From: Candidatus Dormiibacterota bacterium
Lineage (GTDB): Bacteria > Chloroflexota > Dormibacteria > Aeolococcales > Aeolococcaceae
Assembly (NCBI GenBank): GCA_963709585.1
Contig: CAVPXI010000014.1
Span: forward strand, 320,001 to 384,000
Direction of reading: 5' to 3'
Length of the DNA stretch: 64,000 nt
Positions within the stretch are counted from its first letter, which is position 1, and the number at the start of each line of letters is the position of its first letter. The translations under genes and the position numbers were made by a program. Below, piece by piece: positions 30,413 to 40,477 of the stretch. Under the pieces are notes generated by a model. The model worked only from the letters and a program-made list of their open reading frames with translations, ran no database searches and was not told where the DNA came from.

Positions 30413-31477
30413 GTGTCGATCTCGGGTTCTGCTCGCCGTGGGCGTCTGCTCCGGGCGGCGATCACCAGCGTCGTCACCGTCCTGGTGCTTCTGCTCGTCT
30501 GGCGGCTGTTCGGCGGGAACCACCTCCGCTGGCAGGGCATCAACCCGTCGGTTGGATCGATCGCGCTGGCCGCCTTCGGCGCCTCATGTTTCCTCGTGGG
30601 CCGCGCGTGGCGGTTCGCGGCGCTGCTCCCGAGGCGCCGGGGGAGTTCGCGAGAGCTGCTCGGCGCCACGGCGGCATCGTGGGGAGCCGGCCTGTTGCTG
30701 CCCGGACCATCTGCCGACATCACGTTCGTCGCCCTGGCGAGGACACGATTCGGCGTCGGCGTCGCGCGAGGGTCGGGAAGCGCGATCGTGGCTCGAATCC
30801 TCGACGTCGTCAGTCTCTCCCTGATCGCGGTTGTCGCGGCCATCTTCACGGGAGCCCATGTCCACCCCGCGGTCATCCTGGCGGCCGCACTGGCGTTCGG
30901 CGTCGGTCTGGGCGTGCTGCTCTCGCTGATCATTCCCGGACCTCGGTCCCTGGTGACAAGGCTTGCGGCGCGGATTCCGAGGCTCGCCGGCGTCGCCGCC
31001 CGTGCTGAGGCCGAGCTCGATGTGCTCAACAGCCGCGCACGGTGGGCGAACCTGGTCGGCAGCACGATCTTCTGCCGGGTCGCCACCGTCATCCAGTACG
31101 CGGCGCTGATGAGCATGGTCGGGCTGCATCTGGGGTTCTGGCAGACGTGGTTCGTCCTGTCGATCCGGACGCTGCTCCTGACCATCCCCATCCAGGGCAT
31201 CGCGGGCATCGGCACCGGTCAGGCGTGGTGGGCTGGAGCGCTGCTCCTCGAAGGCGTCAACGGTTCGCTCGCCGTCGCGGCCGGGTTGACGCTGCAGGCG
31301 ATCGACCTTGCGGTCTCCCTGCCGGTGGCGGGCATCGGCAGCACGCTGCTCTTCCGCCGCAACCGGGACCGCTCTGCCGAGGACCCCGGCGACGACGACG
31401 TCAGCGATGAGAAGCCGGGGCGTGACGTGGTGGGGACGCCAACCCCGCCGTCACGCGAGCCCCTTCACGTCGCCTGA
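30413..31477 (+). CDS. Lysylphosphatidylglycerol synthase TM / flippase-like membrane protein
   Basis: RAWRF..LL, ARILD, IPIQGIAGIGT; multi-TM. Confidence 0.75.
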   Translation: MSISGSARRGRLLRAAITSVVTVLVLLLVWRLFGGNHLRWQGINPSVGSIALAAFGASCFLVGRAWRFAALLPRRRGSSRELLGATAASWGAGLLLPGPSADITFVALARTRFGVGVARGSGSAIVARILDVVSLSLIAVVAAIFTGAHVHPAVILAAALAFGVGLGVLLSLIIPGPRSLVTRLAARIPRLAGVAARAEAELDVLNSRARWANLVGSTIFCRVATVIQYAALMSMVGLHLGFWQTWFVLSIRTLLLTIPIQGIAGIGTGQAWWAGALLLEGVNGSLAVAAGLTLQAIDLAVSLPVAGIGSTLLFRRNRDRSAEDPGDDDVSDEKPGRDVVGTPTPPSREPLHVA

Positions 31478-31513
31478 GACCGCTCAAGCAACTCACCACC
31501 TGGAGGCGCACCC

Positions 31514-32971
31514 ATGCCCTTGATCGATCGCGACGGTGAATACGACGTTGTCGTCGTCGGGGCAGGATCGACCGGCGAGAACGTCGCGGGGCGCATCGTC
31601 AAGGGCGGGCTGACCTGCGCGGTGGTCGAGAACGAGCTGGTCGGCGGTGACTGCTCGTACTGGGCGTGCATGCCGAGCAAGGCACTGCTCCGGAGCGGTC
31701 AGGTGCTTCGTGCCGCGCTGGCGGTGGACGGCGCCCGCCAGGCCGTGACCGGGACGATCGACAGCGCGGCCGTCCTCAAACGGCGGGACAGCTTCGCTTC
31801 TCACTGGAAGGACGACAGCCAGGTCCAGTGGCTGGAACGGCACCACATCGATCTCGCCCGCGGGCGGGGACGGCTGGCCGGCGAGCGCCGGGTCACCGTC
31901 ACCCCACCAGACGGACCCGAGTACACGCTCAGCGCCCGCTACGCGGTGGCCCTCTGCACTGGCAGCAGGGCGGCGATCCCACCGATTCCGGGCATCGAAA
32001 CCGCGCAGGCCTGGACCAGCCACGAAGCCACCAGCGCGCAGGCCGTGCCGCGGCGGTTGGTCATCATCGGCGGCGGTGTGGTCGCGTGCGAGATGGCCGA
32101 CGCCTGGAGAACGCTCGGCAGCGAGGAGGTCACGGTCATCGTTCGCGAGGAGCGTCTCCTCGGCAACACCGAGGACTTCGCCGGCGAGGCAGTGCGCGCA
32201 TCCTTCGAGCAGCGGGGCATCTCCGTTCTCTTCAAGAAACGCACCGACCGGGTCACGAGAGCCGGCGACGGCGAGGTCTCACTCGAGGTCGCGGACCTCG
32301 ACGGCAGCAACCAGATGACCATCACCGGCGACCAGGTCCTGGTGGCCACCGGGAGGGCGCCGCGCACCGACGAGATCGGGCTCGACACCGTGGGGCTCCG
32401 TCCCGGGTCGTGGCTCAACGTCGACGACACCTGCCGCGTCGAGGGTGGCGGTGACTGGCTCTACGCTGCCGGAGACCTCAACCATCGGTCATTGCTCACC
32501 CATATGGGGAAATACCAGGCTCGTGCCTGTGGAGACGCGATCGTGGTACGAGCCAAGGGAGAGCTTTCGGGCGAGCCCGCAGCCTGGTCCAAATACGCCG
32601 CGACCGCCGACCATGCCGCGGTGCCCCAGGTCGTGTTCACCGACCCGGAGGTGACGTCGGTGGGACTGACGCACGCCGGCGCGGTGGCGGCGGGACTCAA
32701 CGTCCGGGCAGTCGATTACGAGATCGGCGATGTCTCCGGCGCAGGGTTGATCGCCGACGGGTACACCGGGCACGCCCGCATGGTGGTCGACCAGGACCGC
32801 AAGGTGATCGTCGGCCTGACCTTCACCGGCCCGGGGGTCGGCGACCTCATCCACGCAGCGACGGTCGCGGTGGTCGGCGAGGTGCCCCTTGACCGCCTCT
32901 GGCACGCCGTCCCGTCGTATCCGACGGTGAGCGAGATCTGGCTGCGCCTGCTCGAGACCTACGGCCTGTAG
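31514..32971 (+). CDS. Pyridine nucleotide-disulfide oxidoreductase (dihydrolipoamide dehydrogenase family)
   Basis: GAGSTG, GGDCSYWACMPSK, GGGVVACE, ATGRAP, HAVPSYPT. Confidence 0.9.
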   Translation: MPLIDRDGEYDVVVVGAGSTGENVAGRIVKGGLTCAVVENELVGGDCSYWACMPSKALLRSGQVLRAALAVDGARQAVTGTIDSAAVLKRRDSFASHWKDDSQVQWLERHHIDLARGRGRLAGERRVTVTPPDGPEYTLSARYAVALCTGSRAAIPPIPGIETAQAWTSHEATSAQAVPRRLVIIGGGVVACEMADAWRTLGSEEVTVIVREERLLGNTEDFAGEAVRASFEQRGISVLFKKRTDRVTRAGDGEVSLEVADLDGSNQMTITGDQVLVATGRAPRTDEIGLDTVGLRPGSWLNVDDTCRVEGGGDWLYAAGDLNHRSLLTHMGKYQARACGDAIVVRAKGELSGEPAAWSKYAATADHAAVPQVVFTDPEVTSVGLTHAGAVAAGLNVRAVDYEIGDVSGAGLIADGYTGHARMVVDQDRKVIVGLTFTGPGVGDLIHAATVAVVGEVPLDRLWHAVPSYPTVSEIWLRLLETYGL

Positions 32972-32972
32972 G

Positions 32973-33938
32973 TCAGTTGCCGATGTGGTTCGCGGGAACC
33001 GTGCCCATCTTGCCGGCCTGGTAGTCGGCGAGGGCCTGGGCGATCTCCGCGTGGGTGTTCATCACGAACGGGCCGTAATGGGCCACCCGCTCGCGGATCG
33101 GCCGGCCGCCGAGGATGAGCAGGTCCAGGTTGGGATGGCGGCTCTCCTGGTGGGTCCCGGCGGTTGCGGTGATCACGTCACCGTCGCCGAGCGCGGCGAG
33201 CTGTCCTGACTGAATCGGACGGCGCTCCTCACCGACTGTCCCGCTGCCCGCGAGCACGTAGACGAGCGCGTTGAAATCTCGCGGCCACGGCAACACCAGC
33301 CGAGCGCCGGGGCTCACGGACACGTGGGCCAGCGAGATCGGCGTGTGGGTGATCCCGGGTCCGCGATGGCCGGCGACCTCGCCGGCGATGACCCGCAGCA
33401 GCGCACCGCCGTCGTACGAGGTCAGCAGCGCGACGTTGCCGGCGCGGATGTCCTGATAGCGGGCGGGCGCCCACTTCTGGGCCGCGGGGAGGTTGACCCA
33501 CAACTGGAAACCGTGGAAGAGGCCGCCGCTGGCGATCAGCTCCTCGGGCGGGCGCTCGATGTGCAGGATGCCCGCACCGGCGGTCATCCACTGAGTGTCG
33601 CCATTGGTGATCAAGCCGCCGCCGCCGTTGGAGTCCTGATGCTGGAAGGTGCCGTCGATCATGTAGGTGACCGTTTCGAAGCCGCGATGCGGATGCCAGG
33701 GCGTTCCCTTGGGTTCGCCGGGCGCGTACTCCACCTCGCCCATCTGGTCCATGTGGATGAACGGGTCGATGAGCGCGGGATCGGTGCCGGCGAACGCGCG
33801 GCGCACCGGGAATCCTTCGCCCTCGAGCCCGTGCGGCGCGGTGGCCACGCTGATCACCGGGCGGAACGACGCCGCCGCGGGGTCCGGTTGGGGAATGTGC
33901 GGCAGAGCGGTGATGTCGTCAACGGTCACAGCAGGCAT
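32973..33938 (-). CDS. Pirin-family protein
   Basis: HPHRGFETVTY, QWMTAGAGILHIE, QLWVNLP, YGPFVMN. Confidence 0.95.
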   Translation of the reverse strand: MPAVTVDDITALPHIPQPDPAAASFRPVISVATAPHGLEGEGFPVRRAFAGTDPALIDPFIHMDQMGEVEYAPGEPKGTPWHPHRGFETVTYMIDGTFQHQDSNGGGGLITNGDTQWMTAGAGILHIERPPEELIASGGLFHGFQLWVNLPAAQKWAPARYQDIRAGNVALLTSYDGGALLRVIAGEVAGHRGPGITHTPISLAHVSVSPGARLVLPWPRDFNALVYVLAGSGTVGEERRPIQSGQLAALGDGDVITATAGTHQESRHPNLDLLILGGRPIRERVAHYGPFVMNTHAEIAQALADYQAGKMGTVPANHIGN

Positions 33939-33949
33939 GGCGAAATTCC

Positions 33950-34408
33950 TTACAGAGCAAGCGCCTTCACGGGCGCCATCACATGTTCCAGGTCCCAGCT
34001 CACGCCGGGAACGTCAACGTACAGCTCGATCTCGTTGCCGTCGGGATCCAGGATGTACAGGCTGTGGCTGACGGTGTGGTCGCTGGTGCCCACGATATTC
34101 ACGCCCGCCTCCTGACAACGCCGGAGTGCCGCGCGCAACTCGTCGTCCGAGTCGCCCACCTTGAGGCCGAAGTGATAGAGGCCGACGTGCCGTCCGCGCG
34201 GCAGCGGCAGCGCATCCTCGCCCACCTCGATGAGCAGCAGCTCGTGGTGCGTCCGGCCGCTGCTGAAGAGCGCGACCGGCATCCTGCCCAGCGGACCGTC
34301 CTGGCTGGCTTTCAGCTGCTTCCATCCGAGGACATCGCCGTAGAACGCGGCAGATCGCTCGATGTTGTGTACGTACAGGACGAGGTGCCCCAGTTCCTTG
34401 ATCTCCAT
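33950..34408 (-). CDS. VOC/glyoxalase-family protein
   Basis: LGHLVLYV, GLYHFGL, YILDPDGNEIEL. Confidence 0.9.
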   Translation of the reverse strand: MEIKELGHLVLYVHNIERSAAFYGDVLGWKQLKASQDGPLGRMPVALFSSGRTHHELLLIEVGEDALPLPRGRHVGLYHFGLKVGDSDDELRAALRRCQEAGVNIVGTSDHTVSHSLYILDPDGNEIELYVDVPGVSWDLEHVMAPVKALAL

Positions 34409-34493
34409 GCGGTCAAGCTTACCCGCGAGCCCTCGAGCCAAACAGGGCGGCGTTCGGGGGCACCGCGCCGCGCCGCTGAGCGAGGATGGTTGG

Positions 34494-35915
34494 GTGCGCG
34501 GGCTGCAACTCTCATACCAGCAGATCATCGCGATGATCTACGTGGTCGCCATGTTCATGACCATCATGGATGCGACCATCGTGTACGTCGCCCTCCCGGC
34601 GATGGCTCGGAACTTCGACGTGAGCCCGGCGGCGACCGATGGGGTCGTGGTCGGGTACCTGGTGAGCCTCGCGGTCTGGATTCCCGCGTCGGGGTGGGTC
34701 GGTGATCGGTTCGGCACCAAGCGCACGTTCCTCGCCGCGGTGTCGCTGTTCACCATCGCCTCGGCGCTCTGCGGGCTGTCGCAGTCGGTGCTCGAGCTCG
34801 TCCTCTTCCGCATCCTGCAGGGCGCGGGCGGCGGCATGCTCACCCCGGTGGGCATGGCGATGCTGTACCGCGCCTATCCACCCGCGCAGCGAGCACGTGT
34901 GGCGCGCATCCTCGTGATCCCGACGGTGATGGCCCCGGCGCTGGGACCCCTCATCGGTGGCGCACTCGTCGACAGCCTGTCCTGGCGCTGGGTGTTCTTC
35001 GTAAACGTCCCGATCGGCCTGGCCGCGCTCGTCTTCAGCACGCTGAAGCTCACCGAGCACCGCGAGCGCGCCGGCGAGCGCTTCGACGTGGCCGGCTTCG
35101 TCCTGGCCGCCGCCGGCTTCGGGCTGTTCCTGTACGCGCTCAGCGAGGCGGCGACCCTCGGCTGGGCGTCACCGCTGATCGCCTCAACCGCCGCCGGCGG
35201 AGCGGCGCTCATCGCGATCCTGGTCTGGGTGGAGTTGCATGCCGATCAACCGATGATCGACTTCCGGCTGCTGCGCCACCGCCTGTTCGGGGTGGCCAAC
35301 CTCGCGTCACTGTTCGCCGCCGCGGGATTTCTCGGGCTGCTCTTCGTCGCGCCGATCTGGTTGCAGACCGGCCGCGGACTTTCCGCCCTCGTGTCCGGTT
35401 CGAGCACCGCTCCGGAGGCGCTCGGGGTGCTGGTCTCGTCGCAGCTGGTCGGGCGCCTCTACCCGCGCATCGGCCCTCGCCGCCTGATCAGCGGGGGCCT
35501 CATCGGCGTCACCGTCGCAACCTCCCTGCTCGCATTCCTGTTGAACGGAAACCTCTGGCTCTTCCGGGCGGTGATGTTCTTCGTCGGCGTGGGATGGGCG
35601 TATGTGGTGATCTCGATGAATGCCGGAGTCTTCGCGCAAATCTCACCACACGACACGGGGCGCGCCACAGCGCTCTACAACGCCCAGCGGCAGCTCGCAG
35701 CCGCGCTCGGCGTGGCGACACTCTCGACCATCATCGGCACCCAGAGCGGGACCGCAAGCCTCGCAGGCAACGTCACCGTGTTCCAAATCGCCTTCTTTGC
35801 CGCCGCCGGATTCACCCTGGTCGGCGCGATCATCGCCCTCGCCATCCGAGACCGAGACGCCAACTCAACTATGCGAAGAGCCGCCGCCACCCGAACGGCC
35901 GTCCCGGTCGCCTGA
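34494..35915 (+). CDS. DHA2 (EmrB/QacA) MFS efflux transporter
   Basis: DATIVYVALP, GDRFGTKR, FRILQGAGGG, WRWVFFVNVPIG. Confidence 0.92.
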   Translation: MRGLQLSYQQIIAMIYVVAMFMTIMDATIVYVALPAMARNFDVSPAATDGVVVGYLVSLAVWIPASGWVGDRFGTKRTFLAAVSLFTIASALCGLSQSVLELVLFRILQGAGGGMLTPVGMAMLYRAYPPAQRARVARILVIPTVMAPALGPLIGGALVDSLSWRWVFFVNVPIGLAALVFSTLKLTEHRERAGERFDVAGFVLAAAGFGLFLYALSEAATLGWASPLIASTAAGGAALIAILVWVELHADQPMIDFRLLRHRLFGVANLASLFAAAGFLGLLFVAPIWLQTGRGLSALVSGSSTAPEALGVLVSSQLVGRLYPRIGPRRLISGGLIGVTVATSLLAFLLNGNLWLFRAVMFFVGVGWAYVVISMNAGVFAQISPHDTGRATALYNAQRQLAAALGVATLSTIIGTQSGTASLAGNVTVFQIAFFAAAGFTLVGAIIALAIRDRDANSTMRRAAATRTAVPVA

Positions 35916-35969
35916 GGGTTCTCACCGACGAGCCAAGGTCTCCAAAGAAGGAGACCGTTTCGCCAGGTC

Positions 35970-36138
35970 GTCCTGACCGGCGGCTGATCGCCGAGGCGCC
36001 GGCTGGGCCGCCGAGATCAAGGAAGTGACAAGCCCGAGAGGGAGCGCATTCCAATGCGTGACCGAGCGAGGCGCAGTCGCTGACGCCGATATCGGCAAGT
36101 CCAGCCGGATGCAGCGGCGATCAGCCGCCGGTCAGGAC
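35970..36138. repeat. Miniature inverted-repeat element (REP/MITE-like or structured RNA)
   Basis: Perfect 24-bp terminal inverted repeat 35970-35993 / 36115-36138 with further internal complementarity. Confidence 0.8.
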
Positions 36139-36145
36139 TCCTTGG

Positions 36146-36535
36146 CTAGTGCGAGCAGGACTTGGCTTCGCCCGCCAAGTCGCCAGTTTGGAAAGAGTGG
36201 CCGCAACCGCAAGTCCTGACCGCATTCGGGTTGTGGATCGTGAATCCGCCACCCATCAGCTCATCGACGTAATCAATCTCGGCACCCTGGAGATACTGCG
36301 AGGAGTACGCGTCCACGTACACCTTGAGGCCTCCTTCGACGTCGACGACCTGGTCGTCTTCCTTGGGTGGATTCTCATCCAGGCCCATGCCGTACGAGAA
36401 GCCCGAGCATCCACCGGACTGAATGAAAACCCGAAGTCCGAGTGCGCGATCGGCCGGCTGGTCGGCAATGAGGCCCTTGAGCTGCTCACGGGCGGTGTCG
36501 GAGATCGTGACGATGGACGGGGAGGTGATTGCCAT
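36146..36535 (-). CDS. A-type Fe-S carrier (HesB/IscA/ErpA)
   Basis: GGCSGFSYG, NPNAVRTCGCGHSF. Confidence 0.95.
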   Translation of the reverse strand: MAITSPSIVTISDTAREQLKGLIADQPADRALGLRVFIQSGGCSGFSYGMGLDENPPKEDDQVVDVEGGLKVYVDAYSSQYLQGAEIDYVDELMGGGFTIHNPNAVRTCGCGHSFQTGDLAGEAKSCSH

Positions 36536-36553
36536 GGTGCTGTCAATCATACG

Positions 36554-37444
36554 TCACGCTCCCGTCCGGGAAACCTCACCACTGGTCCGAGACCCCTCTG
36601 CGACCGGCATTCGACGCGCAATCCGCTCGCCGAGGAGACCGCGGGCGTCCGGCTCGCCGGCGTGCAGCCGGTTGGCGACGGCTCCGAGGAGGATGAACTC
36701 GGCGAGGAAGTACAGCCAGGCGGCGAGCAGAAAGACGAGCGCGAACACAGCGCCGTAGGTCGAGGCGCCCTTCGAGAAGTGCGTGTAGAACGGCCAGAGC
36801 AGGGTCAGCAGCTCCATGGCCGTCCCGGCGATGACCACCCCGGGCCAGAGCTCGCGCACTCGGTACGTGCGGTTGGGAACCAGACGGTAGATCGCGAGCA
36901 TGAACAGGCACCAGACCGCCAGCCCCACCGCCGGCTCGAAGCCCCAGATGATGCCCGGGAGTGCGATCAGCGAGTTGACACCAATCGTCGCCACCAGCGC
37001 CACCACGAAGAGGATGGTCATCACCAGCGCCATGGCTCGCTGGCGGAGGAAGCCGCGCTGCCGCACACCGACCACGACGCCGAGGGAAAACTCCATGCCG
37101 GTGAACAGGCTGCTTCCGCTCCAGAGCAGGCCGATGACGCTGACGATGCCGAGCAGGCCGGAGTTCTGCTGGATCGAGTTGAAGAGATCTTTTAGCGCGG
37201 TATGGGAGTCACCCGGGAAGAAGCCGAGGATGGCGGAGAGCGCGCTCGCCTTGGCGGCGGCCGACTGCGTGGCATAACCGAGCACCGACAGCAAACCCAG
37301 GATCAGCGGGAACATGCTGACAAACGCGTTGAATGCCAGGCCCGACGCGTAGTTGCTCGCCTGGCTCGAACCGAATGCGCCGATGAGCCGGGCGGGGTAG
37401 CTGTGCCCAGCCCAGGTGGCGATCGATGCGACGAGTCGCTTCAC
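36554..37444 (-). CDS. YihY/BrkB-family membrane protein
   Basis: LAFNAFVSMFP, YRLVPN, YGAVF, WLYFLA. Confidence 0.88.
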   Translation of the reverse strand: MKRLVASIATWAGHSYPARLIGAFGSSQASNYASGLAFNAFVSMFPLILGLLSVLGYATQSAAAKASALSAILGFFPGDSHTALKDLFNSIQQNSGLLGIVSVIGLLWSGSSLFTGMEFSLGVVVGVRQRGFLRQRAMALVMTILFVVALVATIGVNSLIALPGIIWGFEPAVGLAVWCLFMLAIYRLVPNRTYRVRELWPGVVIAGTAMELLTLLWPFYTHFSKGASTYGAVFALVFLLAAWLYFLAEFILLGAVANRLHAGEPDARGLLGERIARRMPVAEGSRTSGEVSRTGA

Positions 37445-37503
37445 GACGTCAGATTGACATGCCGGACCAGGCGTCGCGATAGAGCCGCCCCGACCCCGGA
37501 CTC

Positions 37504-39087
37504 CTAGTCCGACGCCGAGGTTCCGGCGGCCTCGGCCGCGTATCGCGGGAGGTGGACGTCGTCCGACCCTGCGAAGCGCATCGCCCCGGCGACGAGGTGA
37601 TGTCCGGCGACTTCGTCGATGAGCCGGAGCATCTCCTGACAGATCTGCCGGTAGCTCGGATGCCCCTGCGGAGACGTGCGCAGCTCGATGAGATGCATGG
37701 CCTCGCGCGCATTGAGCTTGATCACGTATCGAACACGGTGGCCGAGCGTGACCAGATAGCCGGCCTGCTGCGGAAAGACGTCGACGATCTCGCGGTACGC
37801 GGCCTCCGCCTCCCGGACGGCGACGTGCCAGCGCTCCCCCAGTCCGGCGTCGACAACCGCGTCGGGGACCTCATACCCGAGCGACGGGGTCAACTCCTGC
37901 CACTGAATCGTGAGCATGCGGTGGCGTTGCAGATCGCGGAACGCGCCGTAGTCGGACACGACCTCGAAGGTGTAGTCGCAGTGCTCGAAGCCGCGTCCCG
38001 GCCGGTGGCGCCGGTTGCCCCGGTGCCCGACGGCCGCGGCGAAGAGCGCCGCCCGCCGAGGCGCCGAGAGCGGGCGCACCGCGGCGAGCAGCCGCTCCTG
38101 GGACGCGTGCGAGTAAGGGAAGAGCGCCGACGCGAGGATGCGATCCTCGCCGTCGCCATCCCACTCGACCAGGGTCACGCCCGTCGGCCCCCACTCGTTC
38201 TCGGGGGCGAGCAGGTCGGCATCGCGGGCGATGGCGGCCGCCGTCTCGCGCAGGTATTCGACCCAGACCCCGCCCCGATCCGGGCGATCCAGCCGGGTCA
38301 GGAACTCCGGGATCAGCCGCTGCAACTCGACGTTGACCAGCTCCGCGTACGCGCGCGCCTCGGGAAGCGGGTGGGCACGCAGACGGAGCACGAGCTGCTC
38401 GTACGCCTGTGGCGATGCGTACATCCCGACGTTGCTGACCGTCCCTGCCGGAAGCAGCCCGCGCATCAGGTCGAGCGCGAGCGCCCGGATCGCTCGCCGG
38501 CGCGCCCTCTCGTCGGCTTCGGGCGGCAGGGTCTCGTCGAGGTGCCGCGCGAGCGGCTCGCGCAACTCCGAATACGTGTCGAAGAGCAGGTCCATCGCCC
38601 GGACGTAGGTCGTCCCCAGCGGCGATGCGAGCAACTCCCGGTCGCGCAGATACCGGTAATGACCGTCGCGGCGATCCGTGTACGGGATGTATCGCGTCGA
38701 CTGCTCCAGGTACGCGGCGAGCCGCCCCCACTCGATTGCCTTGGCGAGCGGCTGGGAGACCTGCTCGCAGGCGAGATGCACACCCCCGAGCTGCGCCACC
38801 GAGTTGTCGCCGTACTCGGCGAGCACGCGTCCGAACAGATCCGAGGCACGCTCGCGTCCGGCGCCGGCATCAACCGCTGGATCGCGGGTGGCGCCGGCAA
38901 GAAACTCGTCGACCAGGAGCCGCCGAAGGCTCTTCGCGCTGCGGCTGTAGCGTGCGAAGAGGGCCGCCGCGGTCACCTGGGGCAGGTTGGTGAGGGCGAA
39001 CACGGGGCGATCGAGGTTGGTCACGTGGGGGGCGAGCAGCCGCTGCTCCTCCGCGGTGAAGGCCTCGACGTGGTAGTCCGCGATCAT
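37504..39087 (-). CDS. thyX: FAD-dependent thymidylate synthase, two-domain form
   Basis: ARYSRS, EQSTRY, RDLQRHR, ELRTSPQGHPSYR. Confidence 0.88.
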   Translation of the reverse strand: MIADYHVEAFTAEEQRLLAPHVTNLDRPVFALTNLPQVTAAALFARYSRSAKSLRRLLVDEFLAGATRDPAVDAGAGRERASDLFGRVLAEYGDNSVAQLGGVHLACEQVSQPLAKAIEWGRLAAYLEQSTRYIPYTDRRDGHYRYLRDRELLASPLGTTYVRAMDLLFDTYSELREPLARHLDETLPPEADERARRRAIRALALDLMRGLLPAGTVSNVGMYASPQAYEQLVLRLRAHPLPEARAYAELVNVELQRLIPEFLTRLDRPDRGGVWVEYLRETAAAIARDADLLAPENEWGPTGVTLVEWDGDGEDRILASALFPYSHASQERLLAAVRPLSAPRRAALFAAAVGHRGNRRHRPGRGFEHCDYTFEVVSDYGAFRDLQRHRMLTIQWQELTPSLGYEVPDAVVDAGLGERWHVAVREAEAAYREIVDVFPQQAGYLVTLGHRVRYVIKLNAREAMHLIELRTSPQGHPSYRQICQEMLRLIDEVAGHHLVAGAMRFAGSDDVHLPRYAAEAAGTSASD

Positions 39088-39166
39088 CGACGCAACTCTA
39101 CGGATCGGCGCGGCGAGCCAGCACCCGGGTGGAGCGGTTTGCGATCTCGTCTACAATCCCGGCCCA

Positions 39167-40477
39167 ATGGCCGGCGTCGCCGTCCCGACCCCGCGCTTTC
39201 TCGCCGACGTCTACGAGGCGGCGAGCGAGTGCAACAAGTGCTCGCTGTGTCAGGCCACGTGCCCGGCATACGTCGTGAACCCGGTCGAATGGGAGACGGC
39301 TCGAGGACGCATCGCGCTGATCCGGGACGCGATGGAGGGTCGCCTCGAGTTGCGCGACATCGCCGACGGACCGCTCTCGAGCTGTCTGACCTGCGACAAC
39401 TGTGTCGCCGCCTGCGCTCCTCGCGTCCCGACCGGTCACATCGTCAGCCGCGCGCGCCAGGAGCTGCACGCGCAGGAAGGCTATCCCTGGGCGCAGTCCT
39501 TCGCGCTCCGCGGCGTGCTCCCGCGACCGGCCGCGCTCCGCGCCCTCCACGGATTCGCACGTTTCACACGGCGCACGGGGTTGTACGGCCTCGCGCGCCG
39601 CAGCGGTGTGCTGTCCTGGTTCGGGACCGTGGGTGCGCTGGCCGAGCAGGGCGGCCCGCCACCGGACCGAACCGTGTACCAGATGCTCGGCGACCTGCCG
39701 GCGCCCGCGCAGCCGTCGCGCGGAGACGTGGCGATGCTGGTGTGCTGCCTGGCGAATCTGACTGCGCCGGAGGCAACCGACGCGACCATCCGAGTGCTGC
39801 TCGCGTCCGGGTATGACGTCCACGTCCCGGTGCTGGGCTGCAGCGGACTGCCCGCGCGCACGCTCGGCGACCGCGATGCGATGGTGGACATGGCGATCAG
39901 GAACAGCGCGGTGTTGAGCCATATCGAAGTCGACGCGTACATCGGTGACACGGCGTCCTGCACGGAGCACTATCGCGAGTACGGGAGCATCGCCGGCGAT
40001 GATCGCCAGGTCGGCGCGCGCGCTCGCGAGGTGGGGCACCACACCGCCCTGGCAAGCGATTTCCTCGATCGCAACGGGGTACGCGGCGAGCTTGGTCCGC
40101 TGCGCTGGCGCGTGACCATCGACGAGCCGTGCGCTCTGCCGATCGACGGACCCGAGCGCGGCGCGATGCGGCGCCTGCTCGATCAGATCCCGCATCTCGA
40201 GGTCGTGCCGCTGCACGAGCGGGCGATGTGCTGCGGCGGCGCGGGCACCTACTTCGCGCGCCAACCCGAGCGCAGCGAGGCGATCCTCCAGCGCAAGTTC
40301 GACAACATCCGCGCCAGCGGGGCGGAGATCGTGGTCACCGAGAACATCTCCTGCCTGCTGCAGCTGCGCGCCGGTGCCGCGCGCTATGCATCCGACGTGA
40401 AGGTCATGCACGTCATGGAAGTGGTGCTCGCGTCCCTGCAGGGCGCCGAACGTCGACGCGCCGTGCTCGCAAGCTAA
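39167..40477 (+). CDS. GlcF-like Fe-S oxidoreductase subunit
   Basis: CNKCSLCQATCP, CLTCDNCVAAC, CCGGAG, ENISCLLQL. Confidence 0.82.
   Translation: MAGVAVPTPRFLADVYEAASECNKCSLCQATCPAYVVNPVEWETARGRIALIRDAMEGRLELRDIADGPLSSCLTCDNCVAACAPRVPTGHIVSRARQELHAQEGYPWAQSFALRGVLPRPAALRALHGFARFTRRTGLYGLARRSGVLSWFGTVGALAEQGGPPPDRTVYQMLGDLPAPAQPSRGDVAMLVCCLANLTAPEATDATIRVLLASGYDVHVPVLGCSGLPARTLGDRDAMVDMAIRNSAVLSHIEVDAYIGDTASCTEHYREYGSIAGDDRQVGARAREVGHHTALASDFLDRNGVRGELGPLRWRVTIDEPCALPIDGPERGAMRRLLDQIPHLEVVPLHERAMCCGGAGTYFARQPERSEAILQRKFDNIRASGAEIVVTENISCLLQLRAGAARYASDVKVMHVMEVVLASLQGAERRRAVLAS

Noticed and set aside
37552-39816. Long antisense ORFs (e.g. 754 aa here, also 50542-52734 and 54361-56367)
   Set aside because: Shadow ORFs of high-GC genes on the opposite strand or frame, with no motifs.
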